Below, piece after piece: positions 1-9,660 of a DNA stretch of 64,000 bases. Each line of letters opens with the position of its first letter. Position 1 is the stretch's first letter. Origin of the DNA: Planctomycetota bacterium (GTDB lineage: Bacteria > Planctomycetota > UBA1135). The notes beneath the pieces are model-generated. The model worked only from the letters and a program-made list of their open reading frames with translations, ran no database searches and was not told the DNA's origin. The DNA lies in assembly GCA_045047305.1 (NCBI GenBank), contig JASFYO010000007.1:31301-95300 (forward strand). Reading direction: 5' to 3'. Both the position numbers and the translations under genes were made by a program.

Positions 1-187
1 CCATGTTATCAAGCTGCATTTGCATGGCATCGAATTGTTTGCCGAGGTCGACGCTGGCCTCGGTCGCGGAAGCAAATTCACCGGTGCTTTCCACAGCAGT
101 ATTATTGGTTGAGAGCACTGCGCTCCCGACTAGACCGCCAATCAGGCCGGTGGCGAAAATGAGGAAGGTTTGTAAGAGTTGGTTCAT
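1..187 (-). CDS. Partial hypothetical protein with an N-terminal membrane anchor or signal (runs off the window)
   Basis: Hand translation from ATG at 187: MNQLLQTFLIFATGLIGGLVGSAVLSTNNTAVE..., open to the window edge; absent from the ORF track. Confidence 0.7.
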   Translation of the reverse strand, partial: MNQLLQTFLIFATGLIGGLVGSAVLSTNNTAVESTGEFASATEASVDLGKQFDAMQMQLDNM

Positions 188-318
188 GGGAGGTCTTCGG
201 GTCTAGGCATTCTGCCACAAATTCACCGAATCCACCAAAACCCCAGTCCTCCGCCAAGGTTCCGCCTTGCTCATCGGCCCCAAAACAGCGAGAATGGCCC
301 TCGGAACCTGCTGATCCC

Positions 319-1059
319 ATGAAAATCCAGCCTCTCGCCCTTCTCCCCATTCTCCTTGTCGCCGCCTGCTCTTCAGAGCCGGTTCGCCTTTATCAACTGC
401 GCGATGCCGACCAGGGCACGGAGGATCAAGCTTCGTACCTGCGATTAGAAGGTGCGGTGAACTTGGCCAATGAATTCCTCAGCACCTCCACCTATGCTCG
501 AGGCTTCCCCGCCGAAGAAGCCCAGTTTGCATTGGGGCTCAACGATTTGATCCTTCGTTTGAAGGGGGAAGACAGCATCACTATGCGCATTGAGACCACT
601 GGCTGGGGCGATCTTCGCACCATCTTTGGCGATGGCGTTCATCCAAACGATCAAGGTTTTCTTACCGCGCGGCGCACCAACCTCGACGCAACTGGTAATG
701 CCACCTCCGATGCTGCCTTCCTGCAACTCAGTGTGACAGACATGGCCGCACTCTTGCTGCGTCAGGCTGCAACTCTGCGCGAAGTTCAAGAGCGCGGGGA
801 GTTTGACTTTTGGATCAACTACAACCTGCTCGGGCTTAACCCGGAAACCGGTTGGATGGAGAGCAACGTAGTGGAGCGTCGTGCTTACGCAGTCCAAGCC
901 GGCTTCTATCAATGGATCACCCAGCGCAATTCCACTGGGATTGTGGAAGGCCCGGATGCGGACATGGAAACAGATGCTGACGCTGAGGAAGCACCATTGG
1001 TGTTGCCTCCTGTCGAGCCGCGCGGTGGCGGCAACTATCCTGAACCCGACTTTCCATAA
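319..1059 (+). CDS. Hypothetical lipoprotein with an acidic C-terminal tail
   Basis: Signal peptide with lipobox LLVAAC; 246 aa ORF. Confidence 0.75.
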   Translation: MKIQPLALLPILLVAACSSEPVRLYQLRDADQGTEDQASYLRLEGAVNLANEFLSTSTYARGFPAEEAQFALGLNDLILRLKGEDSITMRIETTGWGDLRTIFGDGVHPNDQGFLTARRTNLDATGNATSDAAFLQLSVTDMAALLLRQAATLREVQERGEFDFWINYNLLGLNPETGWMESNVVERRAYAVQAGFYQWITQRNSTGIVEGPDADMETDADAEEAPLVLPPVEPRGGGNYPEPDFP

Positions 1060-1094
1060 GCGGAGTTCTTCGTAACTAGTCTACTGGTGCAGAA

Positions 1095-2948
1095 CTAAAA
1101 CGCGCCGGTCAGCCAAGGTACGCCAAAGGTAATCCCCACCCAAGCAATGATGCTTACGGGTATTCCGATCTTCAGGAAGTCGCGCCAAACGTAGCCACCC
1201 GGCCCATAGATCATCAAGTTGGATTGGTGCCCGATGGGGGTTGCAAAACAAACCGAGGCGCTCATCGCAATCGCCAAAATAAAGGCGCGAATGATGCTGT
1301 GACGATGGTCTTCGGTGTAATTGCCGTCGTTGGCAATGGTTTCCGCCGCATTGATTGCAATTGGAGTGAGCAATACGGCAACCGCCTGATTGGACACCAG
1401 GGAAGACAATACGGCACCCAAAAGCGTGAGACCGCCTAATGCAGCTACCGGCCCGTATCCATCTAGAGCGTGGACTAGGCCTCCCGCAATCGTGGATGCA
1501 GCACCCGTATTCTGCATGGCGGTGCCAAGGCCGATGGTGCCAATCATGAACAATAAAATAGGCCAATCGATTGCGCGATATGCTCGGCGTGCTGTGAGAC
1601 ACCCACTTGCAATCATGGCCACAGCACCACCCAACGCCGCAAATGGCAGCAAATCCTTGTTGTTCGTGACCGACAACATGGAGAACAACACCATGATGGA
1701 CACCGTGATGAACAGGGATCGTTTCGCCAATCCGCGGAGCATGACCCATTTATGCGCTCCGGTAAGCAAGAAGAAATCGGTGGAGTTGCGTAAGCGCGAT
1801 TGCGAAGTATCATCGCCGCAGACGAGGAGAAGGTCGCCTGGTTGGAGGATTTGTTTGGATGCACGTTCGCGAATGTGCTGATTGTTGCGCAACACCGCCA
1901 CCGTGATGGCACCATAATCGCGCCATAAGTGGAGGTCGCCAATAGTGCGGCCAACTAATGCCGAGTGAGGTGAAACCGCGAGCTCAAAGAACTGCATGGT
2001 CTTTGGATCAAAACGCGCTTCATTGAAAAGCTTGAGTCCGAGTTCATCTTGTAGGCCAGCGAGGTCGTCCACCGAACCTCGTAGCATCACTACGTCGCCC
2101 ACTTCTATGGTCTCGCTGTAATACGGAGGCCACACCATTTCTTCGCCACGCGCAAAGAATAAAAGGCTGGCGCGGACGCCGTCGAAATTCTCCTTGTAAC
2201 TCAGGCCAAGCAAGCGAGAGGTTGGACCAATTTGCAGCTCGGTCACGTATTCACGGTGACTTGAACCGGCCATCATTGAGGTGAGTGATTCGCGTGCAGG
2301 AAGAAGCTTGCGCGCAAAGACTGCAATAAAGACGACCCCGACAAACAACAGCGGAAAACCCACCGGAGAAAGTTCAAACATGCCGATTGGCTCATAACCC
2401 ATCTGCTCTGCAACACCACTCACCAAAAGGTTGGTGGAAGTTCCAACCAGAGTGCTCATACCGCCAAGAATGGTTCCGAATGCCATCGGGATAAGTAGTC
2501 GGGTGACCCGAATACCGGTTTTCTGCGCCATATCGACCAGCACCGGAATGAATACCAAGACCACTGCGGTGTTATTCAGGAATGCGGAGGTCAAACCAGA
2601 AACCAGAGCAACTGCAAGAATCACCCGGCGCTCACGCCCTTCCGATACACGCAACACCACTCGCGCAAAGAATTCAACGGCGCCCGTACGCGAAAGCCCT
2701 TCGCCCATCACATACAACGCTGCCACGGTAATCACTGCAGAGTTGCCGAACAAGCCGAGGGCTTCGTTTGCGCCAAGCAGGTTTTCGGTGGGGTCGAAAT
2801 CCGGGTTGAATATGCGGATGACTTGGCCCGCGCCCACCAAAATGATGAGCAAGCCAATACCAATGGCATCAATACTTGCCTTCTCGGTGACGAGAAGAAC
2901 AAGTATTCCGACAATCAGCCCAAGGACAAGAAGACCTTCAACACCCAT
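1095..2948 (-). CDS. SLC13/DASS-family anion permease with TrkA-C domains
   Basis: Many TM segments, SAFLNNT, TLVGTSTNL and FATPIGHQSNLMIYGPGGY motifs, two central soluble TrkA-C-like repeats. Confidence 0.9.
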   Translation of the reverse strand: MGVEGLLVLGLIVGILVLLVTEKASIDAIGIGLLIILVGAGQVIRIFNPDFDPTENLLGANEALGLFGNSAVITVAALYVMGEGLSRTGAVEFFARVVLRVSEGRERRVILAVALVSGLTSAFLNNTAVVLVFIPVLVDMAQKTGIRVTRLLIPMAFGTILGGMSTLVGTSTNLLVSGVAEQMGYEPIGMFELSPVGFPLLFVGVVFIAVFARKLLPARESLTSMMAGSSHREYVTELQIGPTSRLLGLSYKENFDGVRASLLFFARGEEMVWPPYYSETIEVGDVVMLRGSVDDLAGLQDELGLKLFNEARFDPKTMQFFELAVSPHSALVGRTIGDLHLWRDYGAITVAVLRNNQHIRERASKQILQPGDLLLVCGDDTSQSRLRNSTDFFLLTGAHKWVMLRGLAKRSLFITVSIMVLFSMLSVTNNKDLLPFAALGGAVAMIASGCLTARRAYRAIDWPILLFMIGTIGLGTAMQNTGAASTIAGGLVHALDGYGPVAALGGLTLLGAVLSSLVSNQAVAVLLTPIAINAAETIANDGNYTEDHRHSIIRAFILAIAMSASVCFATPIGHQSNLMIYGPGGYVWRDFLKIGIPVSIIAWVGITFGVPWLTGAF

Positions 2949-2954
2949 GCTTGG

Positions 2955-5630
2955 TCATGTTAGCAGCCGAACTGCTGTGACCTTGTACTCCGGCGTGCCG
3001 ATTTCCGGGTCTTTGCCATCTCCGGTCAGAACATTGGCACGTGCTTCCGCGAAATGCATGGGCATCCACAGAACCCCAGGGTGTACTGCATCCGTAACTT
3101 TCGCCTGAACGGTGATCACCCCGCGCCGAGATTCGACTTTTATGTCACTTCCGTGACAAATGCCAAGGTCACGGGCGTCTGCGGGAGCAATTTCCACAAA
3201 GCATCGGTCTTGTTTATCCAAATGCCCTTCACTACGCGCAGTTTGGGTCGCTGCGTTGTAATGATAAAGCGTGCGACCCGTGGTAAGCAGGAAGGGATAG
3301 GCATCGTCTGGCTCTTCCCACGCTGGCACGTGATCCAGCCCATAAAACAAGCCTTTGCCGCGAATCGGAGCGCCTTGGTGAAGAAACTTGGTACCTGGAT
3401 GATCCTTTTCTGGACATGGCCACTGGATGCCCTCGGTTTCGATGCGGTCGTAACGGATGCCGAAAAAGCGCGGAGAGTAGTCCGCAAATTCATTCCATAC
3501 CGTTTCCGGGTCGGCCGGGCCCCAGTCATCGCCAAGTACTGCCGCGACTTGGTGCAGGATCTGTAGGTCGGCGCGGGCTTCTCCTGGAGGATCCAAGGCT
3601 TTACGAACACGCTGCACCCGCCGCTCCGAATTGGTGAAGGTGCCATCTTTTTCCGCAAAGCAGGTGGAGGGCAGGACGACGTCGGCGTATTTGCGGGAGG
3701 TTTCGTTGAGGAAAATATCCTGACAAACCACAAACTCCACTTGTTCGAATCCGCTTTCGACATGATTGGCGTTAGGTTCTGAAATGACGGGGTCCTCGCC
3801 CATCACGTAGAAAGCTTTCAGGCGGCCATCGTGCATGCCGTCCATCATTTGATCGAGGCGTAAACCAGGGGTGTGACTTAGTTCTTTGCCCCACAAACTG
3901 CTGAACTTTGCATGCGCCTCCTCGTCGGCGACCTCTTGATAACCCGGAAAGTAAACCGGATTATTACCGACGTCATTACACCCCTGCACATTGTTTTGCC
4001 CACGCAAAGGGTTCACCCCAACAGACTCGCGTCCGAGGTGACCTGTCACTAAAGCCAGATTCGAAAGAGAGCGCACGTTGTCTACACCACACACATGCTC
4101 GGTGATGCCGAGGGTGTAGTAAATGCCAGCCTTGTCGGTCGTTGCATAAAGACGCGCGGCCTTGCGGATGTCATCGGCACTAACTTCACAAAGTTCCGCT
4201 GCACGCTCGGGCGGCCACTCCTTAGCCGCTGCAGCGAAGGCATCGAAGTTTTCGGTCAGGTTCTCGATGTAAGTGTTGTCCGCTAAATCTTCTTCCAAGA
4301 TGACGTACGCGAACGCATTCATCAGCGGGATGTCAGTGCCGGGGCGCAACTGCAAGTGCACATCTGCGCGCTCAGCCAACCAAGTGCGACGTGGGTCCAC
4401 AACAATCAAATGCGCACCGTTGCGCATTGCCTTTTTCATACGCAACGCCAAAACTGGGTGCGCTTCGGTGGTATTACTTCCAACCACCAACATGCAATCG
4501 GTGTTTTCGATTTCTGCAATGGAGTTCGTCATGGCTCCAGCACCCAACGACCTGACCAGGCCGTATACCGTTGGCGCATGTCACGTGGCCGCACAACTAT
4601 GAACGTTGTTAGTGCCAACGGTCGAGCGCGCTAACTTTTGCAGTGCGTAAACGTCTTCATTGGTGCAACGGCTCGATGCAAGGAAACCGATACTGTCTGC
4701 GCCGTGCTTCTCTTTGATCGCATTTAATCCTTCCGCAACACGAGCGTAGGCTATATCCCAACTAGTCTCCTCTAACTCGCCTTGTGCATTGCGCACCAGC
4801 GGTTGGGTGAGGCGGTCCTTGTGATGAATAAACTGCCATGCAAAACGCCCCTTGTTACATAGATGGCCATCGTTTGGGCCCGAACCTTCCTCGGAACTAA
4901 TCTTGACCACCTTGCCTTCTTTGGTGTGCACATCTAACACACAACCAACGCCACAGAAAGTGCAAACGGTGCGCGTTGACTCCGTTTCCGCAATGGGGGC
5001 GGTTGCCTGCTTCTCATACAAAGCTCCGGTTGGGCAAGTGCTAATACAACCACCGCACAACTCACACGAAGTATCTAGAAAGGAAGCGCCGTCCGTTGGT
5101 TGAATGAATGCTTCACTCCCCTGCCCGACGTGTTCCAGCGCAGTGCACTGCATTACCTCATCGCAATAACGCACACAGCGATCACACAAAATGCATGCCC
5201 CTGGATCAAACGCTAAAAAGCGATTGCGGTCTTCCCAGGTGCGAGGATTCTCAAACTGGATCGGAAGGGCTTCAACCCCAAGATCTTTGGCGCAATCCTC
5301 AAGCCCATCTACCTGCACTCCATTTCCAGAAGTGTGTTCGGTCATCAGCATTTCTGCCATGGTACGGCGGACGCGTTCCAGCATAGGTGATTGCGAAACC
5401 ACCTTCATGCCTGCACCCGCCTTGGTCTTACACGCAGGCACCGGACGTGGCGCTCCTTCTAGCTCCACCAAGCACATCCGGCACCCGCCGTAAGGATCTA
5501 AGCGGTCATCGTGGCAAAGGGTAGGAACCTTCGAACAGGTCTTGCGACATGCATCAAGCAAGGTTTGCCCGGACTTAACCTCTACGGTTTTGCCATCCAG
5601 TTCAAAGCTTACGTTTTGATCGCACTTCAT
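2955..5630 (-). CDS. fdhF: Selenocysteine-containing formate dehydrogenase alpha subunit (FdhF/FdsA-like, 891 aa with UGA read as Sec)
   Basis: ORFs 4581..5630 and 2955..4547 are in the same frame, joined by NNVHSCAAT-TGA-HAPTVYGLVRSLGAGAMTNS. 2Fe-2S, 2x4Fe-4S and CTFCGVGC Fe-S motifs, PLRGQNNVQG, FAEKDGTFTNSERRVQ and a C-terminal molybdopterin-binding domain are present. Confidence 0.9.
4544..4580 (-). promoter_or_regulatory. Putative bacterial SECIS element
   Basis: Directly 3' of the UGA: CATGCGCCAACGGTATACGGCCTGGTCAGGTCGTTGG, which can fold as ACGGCCT/AGGTCGT with a GGUC apical loop at +24..+27. Confidence 0.7.
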
Positions 5631-6949
5631 ACTGCTACTCCACTATCTGCAAACCAACGCCGCCACAAACGCAGAACTAACGGCGCCGTAAATCCTAAAC
5701 CACAGATGGAACCGAGTTCCATACTTTCCAGCCAACGCTCTTCCGTCTCGGCGTCGGGGAATGCTGAGCTGCCATTTAGCCAAGATGCAACGGCTCGGCA
5801 ACCAAGCCGACACGGCGTGCATTGCGAGCAAGACTCTTGCGCAAAAAACTGCATAATGTTGGCCGCTACCTCGCGCGGATTCTTGTCCGCGAAAATAACC
5901 ACCGCCGCGGTTCCAGGAGCGGTGCCGACTTCTTTTAAACCTGCAGAAGAAAGAGGGGTGTCGAGAAGGCTTCCGGGAAGAACACCGGTAGCCGCGCCGC
6001 CGGGAATCCAGCACACAACTTCGGCACCACCTTTGACGCCGCCGCCAAACTGATTTACGAGATCTCTCGCGCTAATGCCAACCGGTGCTTCATAAACACC
6101 GGGAGTGTGGACGTCGCCAGAAAGCGAGTACAAGCGATGCGTTCCGCCCTCGCCGTGGAAATCGCCCGACAACAAACGCTCGGCCCACCAAAAGGTTTCC
6201 ACGTTGTTCATTAAAGTTGGAAGGCCCCACAATCCGGATTGAGTTGGGAAGGGTGGCTTGTGCCGAGGCTGCGGGCGACGGCCTTCCATGCTCTCGAGCA
6301 ATGCGGTTTCCTCACCACAAATGTAGGCGCCGCCTCCGATGCAAATGTCGATTCGGAACGCAAAGCTTGTTTCTTTCGCTGGCGGTATCGGGTCCGAACA
6401 ACGCGGAGTGAGGGGAAAGGAAAGACCTTCGCCAAATGCATGTCCAGTGGCTAATCCACCATGCGCAGTGACCTCGCCCTGTAACCCTTGAGACCCATGC
6501 TCTACAAACCAATCCAAGTCTGAAAGCGCGACATCGTCCAGGCCGGTGTCATGCGGCTTAGCGGGGCGGCCGGCAAAACCAGCCCCTGCCCAAATCGCTC
6601 CAGAGCCTTCGCTTAAAACTCCTGCATTCACTAAGTTAGCGATAGCAAGCTTCAGGCACTCCAGCTGCTCTACGTATTCTGGGCGCAAGTACACGTAACC
6701 GCGCGCCGCTCCCGCGAACTCAGCCGCACGTTGCATGCCACGCAGCACCACCTCAGGATGTTCGCGAAAAAGCCAGCCATCCTTAAAAGTGCCGGGCTCG
6801 CCTTCATCGGCATTGCAAACAATCACTTTGCCGCCACCCGTTTCCGGAGTGCCGACCAGTGGCTCATCCCGTACCGCCTTCCATTTGAAAGCGGCCGGGA
6901 ATCCAGCGCCGCCACAGCCGCGCAGTCCATCAAGACGAGAAAGGTCCAT
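5627..6949 (-). CDS. NuoF/FdsB-like NADH- and FMN-binding Fe-S subunit, N-terminally shortened, with an internal insertion
   Basis: GLRGCGGAGFP, CNADEGEPGTFKD, GAYICGEETAL, PPFP, NNVET and ESCSQCTPC...SICGLG motifs; ATGA overlap with the fdh start; start set at ATG 6949. Confidence 0.85.
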   Translation of the reverse strand: MDLSRLDGLRGCGGAGFPAAFKWKAVRDEPLVGTPETGGGKVIVCNADEGEPGTFKDGWLFREHPEVVLRGMQRAAEFAGAARGYVYLRPEYVEQLECLKLAIANLVNAGVLSEGSGAIWAGAGFAGRPAKPHDTGLDDVALSDLDWFVEHGSQGLQGEVTAHGGLATGHAFGEGLSFPLTPRCSDPIPPAKETSFAFRIDICIGGGAYICGEETALLESMEGRRPQPRHKPPFPTQSGLWGLPTLMNNVETFWWAERLLSGDFHGEGGTHRLYSLSGDVHTPGVYEAPVGISARDLVNQFGGGVKGGAEVVCWIPGGAATGVLPGSLLDTPLSSAGLKEVGTAPGTAAVVIFADKNPREVAANIMQFFAQESCSQCTPCRLGCRAVASWLNGSSAFPDAETEERWLESMELGSICGLGFTAPLVLRLWRRWFADSGVAV

Positions 6950-7090
6950 CACCCCTATCCTAACGTGGTGTGATAGTCTGGCCGACTTATGAGAAAGCAT
7001 CTATGCCTCACCAGTGTCGCTTTTTTCGCGACCATGACTTTGCGAGCAAAATTCTTGGTGACGCCTCTCTAGAAGAAGAGTCATTGCCCC

Positions 7091-9628
7091 ATGTCTCGCC
7101 TTGGATTACTTCTAGTTCTAGCCACCCTCTTTGGTGGTTTAGCCTATTTTTGGATGGGCTCTTCCCCAAGTAAGGCCTCTCGCGTACCAGTTCTCCAGGA
7201 TGCCCCAGAAGTAACCACTCCCCCCGCATCAGGGGAACTGAAAACGCAGCCTCAGGGAAGAGGGGTGACGCTACAGAGAAAAGTGCAGTCCTCGCGCAAT
7301 ACCCTTTCGAGTGAGTCCTTTCGCTTCTTCCAAACAAGCTCCGCTAGGCGTATCCAGATCACCCATGGCGTAACCAAGGAACCTGTTGGCGGGATAGGGC
7401 TTTGGGCGGTCCGCGCAAGAGAGCACAAACTTTCATGGTGTTCTAGTGACGGTTTTTTTGGCCGCGATTACCCTGAATTCCTACGGCGCCATGCCACTAG
7501 TTCTATTTCTACCGCTGATGGCTTCGCCGTGGCGTCGGATTTAGCAAACCGAATCTGGGCACGCGGACCGGGCCTTGCCGGAAACTATGCGCCCCCCAAG
7601 CGCGGCATGTTGAGGAGTGCCGGCTACCTTTCGGTTTTCCCCGTGCAGCAGCCCACGGTTCTCGTTCTGGATGATCAAGGTCGTCCGGTCGAAGATGTAC
7701 GCATTGCCATTCGCAAGAACCGTCACGGCCTAAGCCATCTGGTCGTAGGATGTACTGATGCCTCTGGCCAAGCCGTGCTCCAATTAGATTTAGAGGCGCG
7801 GGAGTTGCTAAAGCAAACCGACTATTACCTTGGTGTCGAGGCTCATGGATTTGAGCCTATCCCATTGGAGCCAAATGCGGAAAGTGGCTCAATCCATGAG
7901 CTCCAAGCAACTCTTCCTTTTGCAAAAAAGCTGCAAGTACAATTCCTGCATCCGGATGGTGGCGCTTGCCAAGAAACGTTAGTAACCCACCTTTACTCAG
8001 GAGAGGCCGAAAATGAAACGGTGAGCGAGGCCGGGTGCACCCAGGGAATGATCACCTTCCCCGCCATCGCCCCCGGAACCAAGCTGCGGCTTGCAGTCAG
8101 TTCTTGGGATCTGCTTATGGGTGCTTCTGAAACCATCTTTGTTCCCACGACTGAGGCAGAAACGGAAAGCGTAACGGTCCAACTTCGTTGGGATAGATTT
8201 GCATTGCGTGGACGCTTGCTACTCCCCGATGGCACTCCTGCTGCAAATCAAATCGCCCACCTCGACGTTGGCGTGGTCGCAAAAGGGAAAATGGAAGCCT
8301 ATCCTTTTCTTTTCACTACGAATTCAAATGGTGAGTTCGTCACCGAATCAACTGACCCCCTTCACGAGAAAGGAAGCCTGGTGTGGGAAGGGCTTCAAAT
8401 TAGGTTAAGGCGTGCAGAAGGCGAGCCTTTGCTTTGTTTTTTGCCACAGGCCTCTGCAAGCAAGCTCGGCATGCATGACCTCGGTGACATCGTGATGCAA
8501 AATCCTGTTCTGTTAGCCGAAGGCACGCTAGTGGATCAATACGGACTGCCCGACACCACATCTCGCCTTGAATTGCATACTGGAGATTTCCGTGGGAACT
8601 ACTCCTATGCCACCACGGGCTCGCGCATTTGGGCTCAAGACGGCGTGTTCCAAATTCATGGGCCTCCGCAACCAGAAAACTCTGGGACCTATACCTTGGT
8701 TGCGAGTGGTCCAGGTGTAGAGGAAACGCGGCTGAAGGTTCGGGTTCCGCAGAAAAACATTTCCATGGTGGTACGCAAAAAAGTCAACCTCTCGGGGACC
8801 ATCGAGCTCGACCCTCCTCTCTCTGCCCAAGGGTTTCGAATTCTAATCAAGCGTGAAAACAATAAGCCGGTAGACCAAGACACAAAGGTTTCCAGGCCAG
8901 CCCTAAACGGCTCCTATTTCATCGAGGATATGAAAGAGGGTGTTTACCTAGTTTCCTTACAGCTCCCATCCGGCGAAACCGTACAAACCTTGGGCCCCAT
9001 AAGCCTGGGCTTTGCTCACGATCCAACCGAACTCCCACCATTCAACCTGCTAGGGATCTTGAGTGGCCACACGCTTTCCGTGTTTCAATCAAACGGGAAA
9101 ACCCTTCACAACGCATGGTACAGAATTGGATACGAGGGGAAAGAAACTCGTATACCAGGAGGCGAAATCACTGCCATCCTCTACCGCAGCCAAACTGAAA
9201 TCACTGTCGGTGCGCCAGGCTTTCGCAGTGCCCTGCTAAGGAACCCTGCTTCCGAAGAGCGTGTGGTCTTGCAAAGTGGAATCCGAATCCACCTGCAAGG
9301 GCCAGGCCATTTAGACCTCGCCCCTGGTTGGCGCCTTGCAGCACGCATGACCCAAGTCATTCACGGCCAGCCCTCTAAATCACACTCGACTGCCCCTTGG
9401 CAAACGGTTGGGGGAATTGAAGGAACGGATTTTCAGCTACCACAATCTGGCACCTACCAGCTTGAACTTAGCTTGCGCGGAGTCAGCAGCTCCAAAAAGA
9501 TTTTATTGGCGATTCCGCTGCCTTTACAAAACGCTGTAGTTTCCGTTGGCCAAAGTAGCAATCAAAGACTCGACTTCCCCCTTACGCCGAACGCCATCCA
9601 GATCGTATTTAGCGAACACCAGCTGTAG
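7091..9628 (+). CDS. Large membrane-anchored hypothetical protein with probable repeated carboxypeptidase-regulatory-like beta-sandwich domains
   Basis: N-terminal TM; recurring motifs VLDDQGRPV, GRLLLPDGTPA, GTLVDQYG, TNSNGEF. Confidence 0.65.
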   Translation: MSRLGLLLVLATLFGGLAYFWMGSSPSKASRVPVLQDAPEVTTPPASGELKTQPQGRGVTLQRKVQSSRNTLSSESFRFFQTSSARRIQITHGVTKEPVGGIGLWAVRAREHKLSWCSSDGFFGRDYPEFLRRHATSSISTADGFAVASDLANRIWARGPGLAGNYAPPKRGMLRSAGYLSVFPVQQPTVLVLDDQGRPVEDVRIAIRKNRHGLSHLVVGCTDASGQAVLQLDLEARELLKQTDYYLGVEAHGFEPIPLEPNAESGSIHELQATLPFAKKLQVQFLHPDGGACQETLVTHLYSGEAENETVSEAGCTQGMITFPAIAPGTKLRLAVSSWDLLMGASETIFVPTTEAETESVTVQLRWDRFALRGRLLLPDGTPAANQIAHLDVGVVAKGKMEAYPFLFTTNSNGEFVTESTDPLHEKGSLVWEGLQIRLRRAEGEPLLCFLPQASASKLGMHDLGDIVMQNPVLLAEGTLVDQYGLPDTTSRLELHTGDFRGNYSYATTGSRIWAQDGVFQIHGPPQPENSGTYTLVASGPGVEETRLKVRVPQKNISMVVRKKVNLSGTIELDPPLSAQGFRILIKRENNKPVDQDTKVSRPALNGSYFIEDMKEGVYLVSLQLPSGETVQTLGPISLGFAHDPTELPPFNLLGILSGHTLSVFQSNGKTLHNAWYRIGYEGKETRIPGGEITAILYRSQTEITVGAPGFRSALLRNPASEERVVLQSGIRIHLQGPGHLDLAPGWRLAARMTQVIHGQPSKSHSTAPWQTVGGIEGTDFQLPQSGTYQLELSLRGVSSSKKILLAIPLPLQNAVVSVGQSSNQRLDFPLTPNAIQIVFSEHQL

Positions 9629-9660
9629 GGAGTTTCCGCTACATGAATTAGGATGTACAC

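Noticed and set aside
1081..3763. Long alternative-frame ORFs (e.g. 1081..1749, 2431..3108, 3140..3763; likewise 13305..14165 and 29810..30592)
   Set aside because: They are shadows of well-supported genes and have no recognisable motifs
4548..4583. FDH as a nonsense pseudogene or two separate genes
   Set aside because: The only stop is TGA exactly at the Sec/Cys ligand position, the frame is preserved and a SECIS-like hairpin follows
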